A DNA stretch of 64,000 nt, taken from the NCBI GenBank assembly GCA_964016885.1, contig OZ024743.1, forward strand, positions 12,710,001 to 12,774,000, read 5' to 3'. This stretch comes from Eledone cirrhosa. Lineage: Eukaryota. The translations under genes and the position numbers were made by a program. Below are positions 41,201 through 54,299 of the stretch, one piece after another. The notes under the pieces were generated by a model. It made no database searches. It was given only the letters and a program-made list of their open reading frames with translations, and was not told the DNA's origin. The first letter of the stretch is position 1, and each line of letters begins with the position of its first letter.

Positions 41201-44028
41201 ACCATCAGCACCAATACCATCAGCACCAATACTATCAGCACCAATACCACCAGCACCAATACCATCAGCACCAATACTATCAGCACCAATACTATCAGCA
41301 CCAATACTATCAACACCAATACCATCAGCACCAATACTATCAGCACCAATACCACCAGCACCAATACCATCAGCACCAATACCATCAGCACCAATACTAT
41401 CAACACCAATACCATCAGCACCAATACTATCAGCACCAATACCACCAGCACCAATACCATCAGAACCAATACCACCAGCACCAATACCATCAGCACCAAT
41501 ACCATCAGCACCAATACTATCAGCACCAATACCACCAGCACCAATACCATTAGAACCAATACCACCAGCACCAATACCATCAGCACCAATACCATCAGTA
41601 CCAATACTATCAACACCAATACTATCAGCACCAATACCATCAACACCAATACTATCAGCACCAATACTACCAGCACCAATACTATCAGCACAAATACCAT
41701 CAGCACCAATACTATCAGCACCAATACTATCAGCACCAATACCATCAGCACCAATACTATCAGCACCAATACTATCAGCACCAATACTATCAACACCAAT
41801 ACTATCAGCACCAATACCATCAGCATCAATACCATCAGCACCAATACCATCAGCACCAATACCATCAGCACCAATACCATCAGCACCAATACTATCAGCA
41901 CCAATACTATCAGCACCAATACCATCAGCACCAATACTATCAGCACCAATACTATCAACACCAATACTATCAACACCAATACTATCAGCACCAATACCAT
42001 CAGCACCAATACCATCAGCACCAATACTACACGCACCAATACTATCAGCACCAATACCATCAGCACCAATACCATCAGTACGAATACTATCAACACCAAT
42101 ACTATCAGCACCAATAATATCAGCACCAATACTATCAGCACCAATACTATCAACACCAATACTATCAACACCAATACTATCAGCACCAATACCATCAGCA
42201 CCAATACTATCAGCACCAATACCATCAGCACCAATACCATCAGTACGAATACTATCAACACCAATACCATCAGCACCAATACTATCAGCACCAACACCAC
42301 CAGCACCAATACTATCAGCACCAATACTATCAGCACCAATACCATCAGCACCAATACTATCAGCACCAATACTATCAGCACCAATACTATCAGCACCAAT
42401 ACTATTAGCACCAATACCATCAGCACCAATAATATCAACACCAATACTATCAGTACCAATACTATCAGCACCAATACTATCAACACCAATACCATCAGCA
42501 CCAATACCATCAGCACCAATACCATCAGTACCAATACTATCAGCACCAATACTACCAGCACCAATACTATCACCACCAATACTATCAGCACCAATACTAC
42601 CAGCACCAATACTATCACCACCAATACTATCAACACCAATACTACCAGCACCAATACTATCAGCACCAATACTATCAACACCAATACCATCAGCACCAAT
42701 ACCATCAGCACCAATACCATCAGTACCAATACTATCAGCACCAATACTACCAGCACCAATACTATCACCACCAATACTATCAGCACCAATACTACCAGCA
42801 CCAATACTATCACCACCAATACTATCAGCACCAATACTACCAGCACCAATACTATCAGCACCAATACTATCAACACCAATACTATCACCACCAATACTAT
42901 CAGCACCAACACCATCAGCACCAACACCACCAGCACCAATACTATCAGCACCAATAATATCAGCACCAATAATATCAGCACCAATACTATCACCACCAAT
43001 ACTATCAGCACCAATACTATCAGCACCAATACTATCAACACCAATACTATCAGCACCAATACTATCAGCACCAATACTATCTACACCAATACTACCAGCA
43101 CCAATACTATCACCACCAATACTATCAACACCAATACTACCAGCACCAATACTATCAGCACCAATACTATCAACACCAATACCATCAGCACCAATACCAT
43201 CAGCACCAATACCATCAGTACCAATACTATCAGCACCAATACTACCAGCACCAATACTATCACCACCAATACTATCAGCACCAATACTACCAGCACCAAT
43301 ACTATCACCACCAATACTATCAGCACCAATACTACCAGCACCAATACTATCAGCACCAATACTATCAACACCAATACTATCACCACCAATACTATCAGCA
43401 CCAACACCATCAGCACCAACACCACCAGCACCAATACTATCAGCACCAATAATATCAGCACCAATAATATCAGCACCAATACTATCACCACCAATACTAT
43501 CAGCACCAATACCATCAGCACCAATACTACCAGCACCAATACTATCAGCACCAATACTATCAACACCAATACCATCAGCACCAACACCATCAGCACCAAT
43601 ACTATCAGCACCAATACTACCAGCACCAATACCATCAGCACCAATACTACCAGCACCAATACCATCAGCACCAATAATATCAACACCAATACTATCAGCA
43701 CCAATACAATCAGCACCAATACTATCAACACCAATACAATCAGCACCAATACCCCAGCACCAATACTATCAACACCAATACTACCAGCACCAATACTATC
43801 AGCACCAATACTATCAGCACCAATACTATCAGCACCAACACCACCAGCACCAATACTATCAGCACCAATACTATCAGCACCAATAATATCAACACCAATA
43901 CCATCAGCACCAATACCATCAGCACCAACACCACCAGCACCAATACTATCAGCACCAACACCACCAGCACCAATACTATCAGCACCAATACTATCAGCAC
44001 AAATACCATCAGCACCAATACCATCAGC
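23278..44028. repeat. ~20.7 kb tandem satellite with 15-bp unit CAGCACCAATAC(T/C)AT, roughly 1,380 units
   Basis: Continuous array with point variants, recurrent shortened units (for example CAATACCCCAG) and higher-order duplications. No interspersed element is visible inside it. Confidence 0.99.
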
Positions 44029-44108
44029 TCATTCCTCATGATCCTAATTATCAATAATAATCAACATTAATTACCGACGTCATCACTATTATATCCCCCC
44101 ACCCCCAC

Positions 44109-44146
<38 letters not shown>

Positions 44147-44494
44147 CAACACCACCACCGTCATCATTACCCCCTTGCATTATCGGCCTTGTTATAAATA
44201 TCAATAAAAAAATCACTAATAATAATAATAAAAAAACAAACAAACAAGGGGACAAAATATAAATTGTACGATTTAGGAAGAAATAGACGAGTGTTCAATG
44301 TTTCGGACAGTAATCCTTTGTCAAGAACAAACAAAGAAGAAGTAAAAATTACAATGAAGTGTAATGTTATAAGAGAGACTAGATATTGGAAGAATGAACG
44401 GAAGTGGGTAGAGTGGAATGGTGTTTTACAAGATGAATAGAGATAACATGTGAGTGCGTATTATACATGTGTGTGATTGAACCAAAGGAAATAT

Positions 44495-44682
44495 AATTGT
44501 TTCTACTTTTGGCACAAGGCGAGCAATTACCCCAGTACATTACTGGTTCTTTATTTTATCGACCCTGTAAGGATGAAAAGCAAAGTAAACCTCGGCGGGA
44601 TTTGAACTCAGATCATAAAGAGCCGTAACTCTATGCTGCAAAGCATGGTGCCCGACCCTTTACCGATACTGTCAATCTACCG
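44495..44682 (-). mobile_element. tRNA-type SINE
   Basis: Full family copy. Confidence 0.88.
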
Positions 44683-44699
44683 TAATGCGTAAACGTGTT

Positions 44700-44985
44700 A
44701 TGAATGTATATAGATGTTTGTAGGTATAGAGAGGTCTAGGAAGTTACAGGATATAGTAGATATTTGGGATTTGAAATCTAGGGTGGAGTAGAAGCAGTTG
44801 ACAAATGCAGTGAAGGAGATGGACTTTGTGCGAATAAGGGGCTGGTGCGATACAGTCGACAATGTAACAAATTTATAGCTCTGGGTCAAGTGATCTGTTT
44901 GAAAAGTCAGGCCTCAACATAATTAAAAAAACAGATTGACGTAGTTGGGTCTCATTCTGCTCTACATGAGCACCCCACTAACCTG
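44700..44985 (-). pseudogene. Decayed Penelope-type RT fragment
   Basis: Manual translation across frameshifts gives GVLM*SRMRPNYVNLF..YVE..LF....EL*ICYIVDCI...F..FVNCFYSTLDFKSQIS..SCNFLDLSI, matching the Penelope RT pattern G..MGS...P.YA.LF..YVE...RYIDD...FLDL.I. Confidence 0.7.
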
Positions 44986-47124
44986 CGTGCAGAAATCTCT
45001 GGAAAAGGAGAAGCAGTTAAGAGTGAAGGCGATTTCAGGAGACTGACGATAGTAGGAGGATTGTGCTCGGGTGGGATTTGACGATTAAAGAATTATTTTA
45101 GAATTAGAAAGCTGAGGCGTAGACAGAACCGGTAGGGTGACTGGAGGTGTTAGCTTTGTGAATCTGAATCTATACCATTTAACACTACACGACAAACATC
45201 CCAACATTTACAAGTAGATGCAAAAACAAAATAAAAAGTATCATACGCAATACTAGTTTGTTCTATTTTCAAGTCAGAGGCAAATTTCAATTTATAACGA
45301 GTTCTTTATGTACATCATTCAATACATCCCCACACACCGACCTATCTGAATTATCTAAATCCATTCCATTAAACTCTTTGAGTTATGTCTCTTAACTAAT
45401 TGATTGCAGCTATGCAAATTACTATGACCAAAGATGTTCATGACTATTTCCTTGATGAAATCTGATAAGACTGAAACGTTTTAGTAGCTGTCATCTTCCC
45501 TGCTCATAAAGATTAGATTTTCTCCTTAGCATGAAAAGTATTTCATATTAAATTAGTTTTTGAAATTATCTACCTTTTTCTTTGAATGTAACTATGTGAG
45601 CCTCGCGAGCTGGATTGGCTCTTCCAGTGCGTCTCCCTCACCATCCTCTTTTGTCCCTCCCCATGGTTCTTTTGTGTTCGGACTTGGTGTATGTTTCACG
45701 GACACACACTCACGCATCTAGATTATTTTAACAAATTCATACATACTGGGATTTTCATGTCAAATTTTATGTACTTTTGCTTAGTAGTGGCAATGATTGC
45801 GACTAAAGTTTTTTTTTTATTCTCGAACTAAAATCCAGGTTCCAATTCATTAAGAATTGTTTGTGTTCTTCATTTAGTACTCCCCCATCCACATTAGTTA
45901 TTTAATTCATGCCATTGTCTTGCTTTGGTTGTTTCCCTCATCTTCTTAAATTATGCAAACAACTAAACTTGCCTACACTACTGCATACACATCTGAACTA
46001 CCATACTTCAATATAAATTTCCTTACAGTTTTTAACAAACCAAGATGGAGTTTCAATGAAGTCGCTCGGCATGTTAGAAATAAAAGCTAGTCATAAAAAT
46101 GAGGGGCATATATATTCAGGATAATTTAGTACCAGATACACTCTACTTTACAAACGAACGAATGATCCTTTTGATCTTAGAGTTCTTCTAAGTCAAAAGG
46201 GACTTGCCGCTAAAAAGCTATGGTTTCAAATGTTTGGTACATAGCCAGCAATGAGAGGAGGGGAAAGTTGATTAGATTGATTCTATTAATTGATTAATAC
46301 TTTATTTTATCGAATTCGGAAGAACGAAAAGAAATTTGACCTCGACTAGATTTGAACCCAGAATGTAAAGAACCGAAGCTAAATGGCGATTATTCCAATC
46401 CAAAACAACAATGGCGACTATATTTCCCTTTAAACGATATAAGAATACTCTAATGAATGAATTATATTGATGTTCAATGTGACCTTGTGATTGATTGAGA
46501 CGATGCACATCTCTCACTTGCAATATCCTCTTCATATTCTTTTTTCATTCAATCTATCCCGAAGAACATTTTTTATTTTAGATTGAATTGACTCTTTGTT
46601 GATATGCAACTTTGCTTTTCTTCCTTTCTTCCACCACAACTATTTCTATTTTTATCTACGTATCTCTTCTTTCACGAACATTCTCCATTTTCCTTTATTC
46701 CTCCTACAATTTCTAACTTTCTCTCTGTATTCTTTGTCAAATTCACCTTGAACTCACCATCTTCAACTTTTCCCATTGCTCCCCTCTCCCTCCTCTCTCC
46801 CTTGCTCTTCTCTCTCTTTTCTCTTCTCTCTCACCCTCTCCCTTTCTCTCCTCTCCTCCTTCTCTCCCTTTCTTAATCTCCATATCTCTCTTCCCCACGT
46901 TCGTCCACATGTTTATATAGACCACCACTGTTTGAACGGTAATTCATTACAAACCGATCTGGAAATTTCATTTCAACTATCGAAATGGTGTGAAATAATA
47001 ACTACCACTCAATTCTCTTTAAAGTTGGCGTACTAAGTTGAATAGTTGAATAATGTGAATAACGCTCGTTCTAGTCTTTAATTAGTAACTTCCTATCCAC
47101 AAACATATAGGCAGGCACACGTAC

Positions 47125-47184
<60 letters not shown>

Positions 47185-47338
47185 ATAATAATTATATTTT
47201 TCTGTCCAAATTACCAAAGCACATTTATTTGGATATGCGCTACAATTTATGTAGAAAGAGCTAAACTAATCACTACAACTAAATTCACCAAATTTTCCCC
47301 CTCCCCCAATCAGAAATGCCTTCAACGTCCCTGCATAC

Positions 47339-47391
<53 letters not shown>

Positions 47392-47654
47392 CGTATTTAT
47401 GTTTGTGTGTATGTGTGTCGGATGAGAAGTAGGTTGGTGGAGTTATGTCTGATTTAAATGATAGACTAATTACATAGATAGACAATGAAATGGATGTGCA
47501 ATTGAATAAATGAATGACCAAACAATAACAAATAATATATAGTAAAGTGATAAAATAACAAAACAATTTCTGACTGTTTATTCCATTAACGTTTTCATGT
47601 TCATGACTTTTCATCAGACGCAATAATCGGTGATTTGTATCAGTATAGATTCTG

Positions 47655-48437
47655 CAAATACAGTTTTAAAGGACGATATGGAGATGCACAGAGTGACAAG
47701 GGAATTTGTGCCCGAGCTCTTTATTCAGGAACAACATCTTCGTCTTGAATTTGCACAGAAACTGCTGGATACTGTTAACTGCTGGATCCCGACTTCCTAA
47801 ATACCTCGTTAACTGGGGATGAGACGGGTACGACCCAGAAACCAAAACACAGTCCCCACAGTGGAAACACCCAATATCAGGTGGGGAGCAATATCAAGAG
47901 GATGCTGACTGTTTTCTTCGACTACTGAGGCGTGGTTCATCGCAAGTACGCACCAGAAGGACAAACAGTTACAAATGAACTCTATTAGGAATTTCCCTGG
48001 CGTATTCGTGATGCAGGTCGGCACAAGTAACTGGATCTGTGGGCCTCGCTAAACTGATAGCTGCATCATGACAAACCACGTCTCCTTATTCGCAGCTGAT
48101 CCAAGTTTGTTTTGGCAAACAAAAGCATTTTGTTCATTCGCCAGGGTCCTTACTCTCCAGACATGGATCCTTCTGACTTCTAGTTGTTCCCAAAATGAAG
48201 ATGTCACTGAATGGCCCTCACTTTGAGAACACAAAAAAAAAAACAAAAAAACGTGGCAGCGCAGCTGAGTACTATTTTCGAAAACGTATTCCAGACGTGC
48301 TTCGAACAGGAGAATGATTATTGGGTGAAGTGTGTGAGGCATAAAGGACCTACTTGGAAAGGGATTTGCAATTGAACCCCTCCAAATGCGTAAGTTTTTT
48401 TTTGAACCTAAAGTCGGATAATTTTTCTACCCGTAAA
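47655..48437 (+). pseudogene. Decayed mariner-family transposase with probable right end
   Basis: Fragments MHRVTREFVPE, TGDET, YDPETKTQSPQWKH, MLTVFFDY*GVVH..YAPEGQTV, LHHD, PYSPDMDPSDF*LFPKMK (mariner WVPHEL and YSPDLAPSDF equivalents), with several stops and frameshifts. Confidence 0.85.
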
Positions 48438-51400
48438 TCTTAATAGGATCTAAGGAGCACCGTTATGACAAACGGCGTGTCTTGGGCACTTTAAACCTTG
48501 TGGAGCCCATCCCCTCTCCACGTCGGAACACAGCCGATTAAGAGAGAGAAGAAGCTAGAAAAAGATATAGAGAAATAGTCAACCCCGGTACTGGACTGGT
48601 ACTATTGTTCTTATTGGTCTCAAAAGGTTAACATTGATATGAGCTGGAGAGCTGGAACGAATATCGCAAAACATTCTATCTGACGTACTAACGACACCGT
48701 TAAATCGCCGCCCATGTATATAAAGGTAGGTACATAAATGTTCAAACGTATATAAACGCACTTACTCATACATACGTTCGTTTGCCTTTACATATGTTCA
48801 TAGTATATACGAGAATGTACATATGTTTCAGCGTATAGCTGTCGTCGACTCATTCACTCTCTCTTCCCCCCTCTCTCTTTCTCTCTCTCTCTATCTCTCT
48901 CTCTCTCTCCCTGTAGATGCGTTTGTATGTGTGTGTATATTACAATGTCTGAATATATGAAGTCACATGTTTCTAATAACAATACAGTTGCCATCTGCGT
49001 TATCACCGTCTGTAGATTTACATCAACTTTAGTAATCATCGAAGTGAAATTGTCGCTATATTTATTAAACCATTTGCAAGTTTAGTTGTATTAATACGTA
49101 TTTATCAAGCAATTTCATTAGTGAAATTTTGTGTCAAATGCAAACGGCTTCATTAGTTGCAATCTTTGTAGAAGTATTCGGTCGATGTCTCTTTCAATAA
49201 TTATTTCTGTTGCATATAACAAGACAAGAGCCAATCACTGAACAACAAGAACAATCATGATGTGATCAATTACATGAAGATCACGAAGACGACGACGATA
49301 ACAATTAGGATTAATTTCGACAAGTTGATGAACTAACTTCTGGAAAGTTCTGCATATACTTTTCCTCTGGCAGTCCCACACAAGCTTGAAATTCTTGCTA
49401 GAGTTGATGTAGTTGTAGTCAGGATTCTTATAGTTGTTGCTAGTATTCTTGTTGTTTTATCAGTGTTAGTGCCGTTGTTGTTAGTTTTGTTGTTGTTATT
49501 TCTTGTTTCACTCTGTCAGCTTTGATTTAGCAGATCTATGATGAAAGGCATTCCAGCCGTGGCCATCCAGTGTTTGTCCTTTGTATCAGGACATCAGGAC
49601 TGCATTATCCAACGTGACCTTTCTAAGACTATTGATTGTGATTTTAAAACGATTAGGGTGCTATTTCTAGCAGATTAAATGACCACCTAGAGGCTGAAGA
49701 ATCTGCTTGCGTTGTTGTTGCTTAGTTTCAGGTCAGTTCGACTCAAGCAAATTTATGATGAAAGACGCACTAATCATGACCATCCTGACGTTTCCTTTAT
49801 GCAAGAAAACCAGGACAACATTATCCACTGTATTCTTTTCTAAGATTTCAGGGTGGGATTTAAGCGATATTTGATCTGCTATGTCTAACAGGTCGAGCGA
49901 CCACCTAGAGGCGCATTCATTTGATCGTAATGTTGATGTTTGTGGTATTTAGCCCCATTCCATTGAGGGGATATACGACTAAAGACATTCCAGCCATGAC
50001 CTGTCTATATCACACCAGAGGAGCCATCGAAGGTGTCTTCCATTTAACTGTTTCATTTGCTAGAAATAGCAACAAAATCCTTTTCGAAGACATACTAGTT
50101 AGTGTGATCCTAGATACTCTTTGTCTGAAAAAAAACAACAAAAAAACAAAAACAAAAAAAACACACACAAAAAAACAACACACACACACACAGTAATTCT
50201 GGTTGAAATGTCCTTTAATCTCTCTCTCTCTCTCTATCTGTTTATCTATGTCCCCCCCCTCTCTATATATATCTATATCTGTATATATTTTTCCCTACAA
50301 ATTCCAAATCCTTGTTCTTCTCTGGAAGAATTCTGGTGTATTCAGACCCGGAAAGCAGATGGGTTCCGCCTGGTTTAAAAATGTCCTAGAAACACCCAAT
50401 ATCAATATAGCGCACCTACGACTCCCTCGGGAATTACGACACTATGTAGACATAAGCATTAAGACGTACATATTAGGTATTAAATATGCCAGTGCTTACA
50501 AAAAATAATAAATTTAGCCCAACCTTTACAAATGGTTATAATATAAATTCATTTTTATTGTTTAGAATAAATGATCATTTATACCAAACAATAGGTTGCT
50601 ACTTAAACAAACGCCGATAAATAAACCTTTTCATGAAACAACACTAACAAAGATATTGTACAATATATTACATAATATATATTTACTTTTATTCGCTGTA
50701 AATTGTAATAAAACTCAACGATAGTTAATGAGGTAATATTTTTGTGAGAAATAAAAATACCTCTTTATGGCCTCCTAAAAATATAAGGTGAACTGGCAGA
50801 TTTGGTAGAACGTTGGATAGAATACTTTGCGGCATTGTTCCGGCTCTTGCGCTCTGAGTTCAAATCCCACCGGGGTCAACATTATCTTTCATCTTTTCAA
50901 GGTCGATAAAAAAAGCACTAGTCCAATACTGGGAGCAATTCTTCCTCTATATTTTTTTCTCACTTCGTCTCTCACTTTCTTTCTTTCTCTGGAGGTAATT
51001 TGCTGTTCAGACCTGGTGATAAGATAATGTGTAAAGATGCTCAACACATGCTATATGTCAATACGGCGCTTCTACGACTCTATCGGGAGTACGGGTTCAT
51101 GTTTATATATACAAAGACATAAGGATATGCGGTTTCGAATCGCAGTGAAATACAATTGGCCATGATTTTCTAGTGTTTAACGGTGCAGAGTTATTTCCAG
51201 AAATGTTGGCTTCTTACTTAGCATCGAAATCTTTAGTTTTAACGTACCTCGGTGAACATTCCTCAATAGTGATAAGCTCTTAAACGAACTGGCTCAGAAA
51301 TTCGCACATAATTGAGTCGGAGAATATGAGAGAGAAGGAAAGTGAGAGAGAGAAAGAGAAAGAGAGAGACAGAGAGAAAGAGAGAGAGAGATCTGATAAT

Positions 51401-51700
51401 GACTGGCGCGGTTTCAGCCCAAACAAATTTTTCGCCGTCCCGCGAAATTTCTATTTGCAAAAGGGCGTGGCCGCTAGTCTTATGCTAATTGGCTCAATTT
51501 CTAGGTTAACGTGTGGCTACACAGTGGTTAGTCCGTGTTGGTTGTTCAATGTATTTATACAGCTGGATTATTACAACACATGATGATAATGAAGTAGATG
51601 TTCCGATACAGATGGCTGATGGCTGTAAGTATAAATGTATGCAAACACACACACATATATGCACACGCAGACACACACACACGCACATGCATACACACAC

Positions 51701-51750
<50 letters not shown>

Positions 51751-51871
51751 TTATATAAGAAAATTTTATAAATATATGTAAAGCATAAACCATATAATCT
51801 TATATGAGTTTCATGTCTCGACACAAAACTCTAGACTCTTGAGTCACTTCTATAGCAATAACAATAAATTA

Positions 51872-52530
51872 TGAGTTTCAACTATGGACATAGGTCACAA
51901 ATTTTGGTGTACGAGGGTATAGTCGCTTATATCGCCACAGTGTATTATGTCATCTATGCCGAAGACTGAGAGAAACAGTCGAATTCAGCAAGGTTTGAAC
52001 TGAGAATGTAAAGGGATATAACTAAATACCAAAATATATATTACCCACTACTATACTGTTTCTATCATCCACCACTCTTAATAATAATATTGGTTTCAGA
52101 TTTAGGCACAAGGACAACGATTTTGGGGGACGGGGCAGTCGATTAAATCGACTTCAGTGCAGTAATGCTTTATTTTATCGACTTCGCAAGGATGAAAGGC
52201 AAAGCTAACCTTGGCGGGATTAGAATCCAGAAGGTAAGAGGCCGTAACTCTATATCGCAAAGCATGTTGTTCGATGTTCCTCCGATACTGCCAATCTACC
52301 GTCCTTAATAATGGTTTCTGATTTAGGCACAAGGCCAACAATGTTTGGAGAGGGGAAGTCGATTAAATTGATCCCAGTGCATTACTGGTGCTTTATTTTA
52401 TCGACCCCGCAAGGTTGAAAGGTAAAGCTAACCTACGTGGGATTAGAACTCAGAAGGTAAAGGGTCAAAACTCTATGCCGCAAAGCATGTTGTTTGACGT
52501 TCCAACGATACTGTCAATCAACCGGCCTTA
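51872..52530 (-). mobile_element. Three head-to-tail SINE copies separated by (AAT)n
   Basis: Copies at about 51872-52078, 52090-52305 and 52311-52530. Confidence 0.82.
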
Positions 52531-52619
52531 ATAATAATAATATCAATAGCAATAACAGAAGTAACTTGCAGTAAATAACGATATTAACAATAACAGAAGT
52601 AACTTGCTAGACTTCCGGC

Positions 52620-52875
52620 GGTTACGAGTGTTTAACCAACTGAACAGCCAGATTGTGAAATTAACGTGTAAATAGCTGAGTATTCTACAGACACGTGTAT
52701 CTTTAACATAATTTTCAGGGAGATTTATGGCGATACAATTTGTGACAAGGCACCTTGACTTAAAATGTACCTATTTTCGAGCTGGGTGGACTAGAACAAC
52801 GTGAAGAAGTGTCTTGCACAATAACGCAACCCGTCTTAAGATCGTGAGTCGAACCACTAAGCCACGTGGCTTCAC
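52620..52875 (-). mobile_element. Second SINE family (tRNA-like head, CORE-like central block)
   Basis: Minus strand begins GTGAAGCCACGTGGCTTAGTGG (A-box-like), followed by GCAAGACACTTCTTCACGTTGTTCTAGTCCACCCAGCT. Confidence 0.55.
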
Positions 52876-53029
52876 AAGATAGTAATTATAATAAGAATAT
52901 TAAAATGGCTGACATATTTTGTCCTTGGAACCTTTAATATAAGAAAGAAGTGTTTATTATCTAAACCCAATTCAAAACACGTATTGTGAGTGAAATGTTA
53001 TTGAATATTAAATAAACAAATAAGCGCGT

Positions 53030-53033
53030 ATAT

Positions 53034-53073
<40 letters not shown>

Positions 53074-53193
53074 CGTGCGTGTGTGTGCGCGTGTGTGTGC
53101 GTGTATGTATGCATGTATGTATGTCTGTATGTATATATGTATGTATATATGTATGTATATATGTATGTATATATGTATGTATATATGTATGTA

Positions 53194-53246
<53 letters not shown>

Positions 53247-53259
53247 ATTTATTTATATT

Positions 53260-53290
<31 letters not shown>

Positions 53291-53305
53291 ATATATATAT
53301 ATGTG

Positions 53306-53391
<86 letters not shown>

Positions 53392-53680
53392 CACACACAC
53401 ACACAAACACACACATATATTTATGTAAACAAGTAAATACTATAATATAAACAAGCAATGTGTTATGCATATGTAAATATGTATAAATCTATAACTTATT
53501 TATTTAGATAGTTTATATGGTTATCTGTATAGGATGGAGATACGAATATATATTTTCATTTCCATTCCACCATGGAGTTTTTCATATTAGGTTTTATCAT
53601 GATCATCAAGATGCCCTCACTCCTCATCGTTATCATTGTCGTCATTGTCAACATGATCATAATAAACAACATAAACATCC

Positions 53681-53714
<34 letters not shown>

Positions 53715-54052
53715 TGTATGTATGTATGTATGTATGTATGTATGTATGTATGTATGTATGTATGTGTGTATGCATATGTATGTGTGTTTGTATGTGTTTG
53801 TATGTATGTATGTATGTGTGTTTGTATGTATGTATGTATGTATGTATGTATGTATGTATGTATGCATGTATGTATGTTTGTATGTATATATATGTATGTG
53901 TGTATGCATGTGTGAGTGTGTGTGTGTATGTATGTATGTGTGTTTGTATGTGTTTGTATGTATGTATGTATGTATGTATGTATGTATGTGTGTTTGTATG
54001 TGTTTGTATGTATGTATGTATGTATGTATGTATGTATGTATGTTTGTATGTA
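53030..54052. repeat. Compound (TA)n/(TG)n/(TATG)n microsatellite region
   Basis: Direct reading. A short unique segment lies at about 53430-53680. Confidence 0.92.
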
Positions 54053-54144
54053 AAAATATTCGTCAAGCAAAAATATTCATCATGCAAAAATATTCGTCGC
54101 GCACAGGCATTGCACGATTGCATTAATTAATAATTATTAATAGT

Positions 54145-54188
<44 letters not shown>

Positions 54189-54299
54189 GTTACTATTACT
54201 ATTACATTTTTTTCTTTTTTTTCTCAATTAAATGCTGTTCCAGAACAATATAAAAGAGATAATTGGCAATTTAAGTTCTGGAACAAAAAATATAAGATG

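Noticed and set aside
23278-44028. CRISPR array
   Set aside because: There are no unique spacers and no cas genes, and the context is eukaryotic.
23173-44054. Long ORFs in the satellite (up to 1162 aa of GADSI, VLIVL, TNTIS, APILS repeats) as a structural, antifreeze or mucin-like protein
   Set aside because: The 15-bp unit lacks stops in five frames by composition. Frequent shortened units switch frames, and there is no signal peptide or unique domain.
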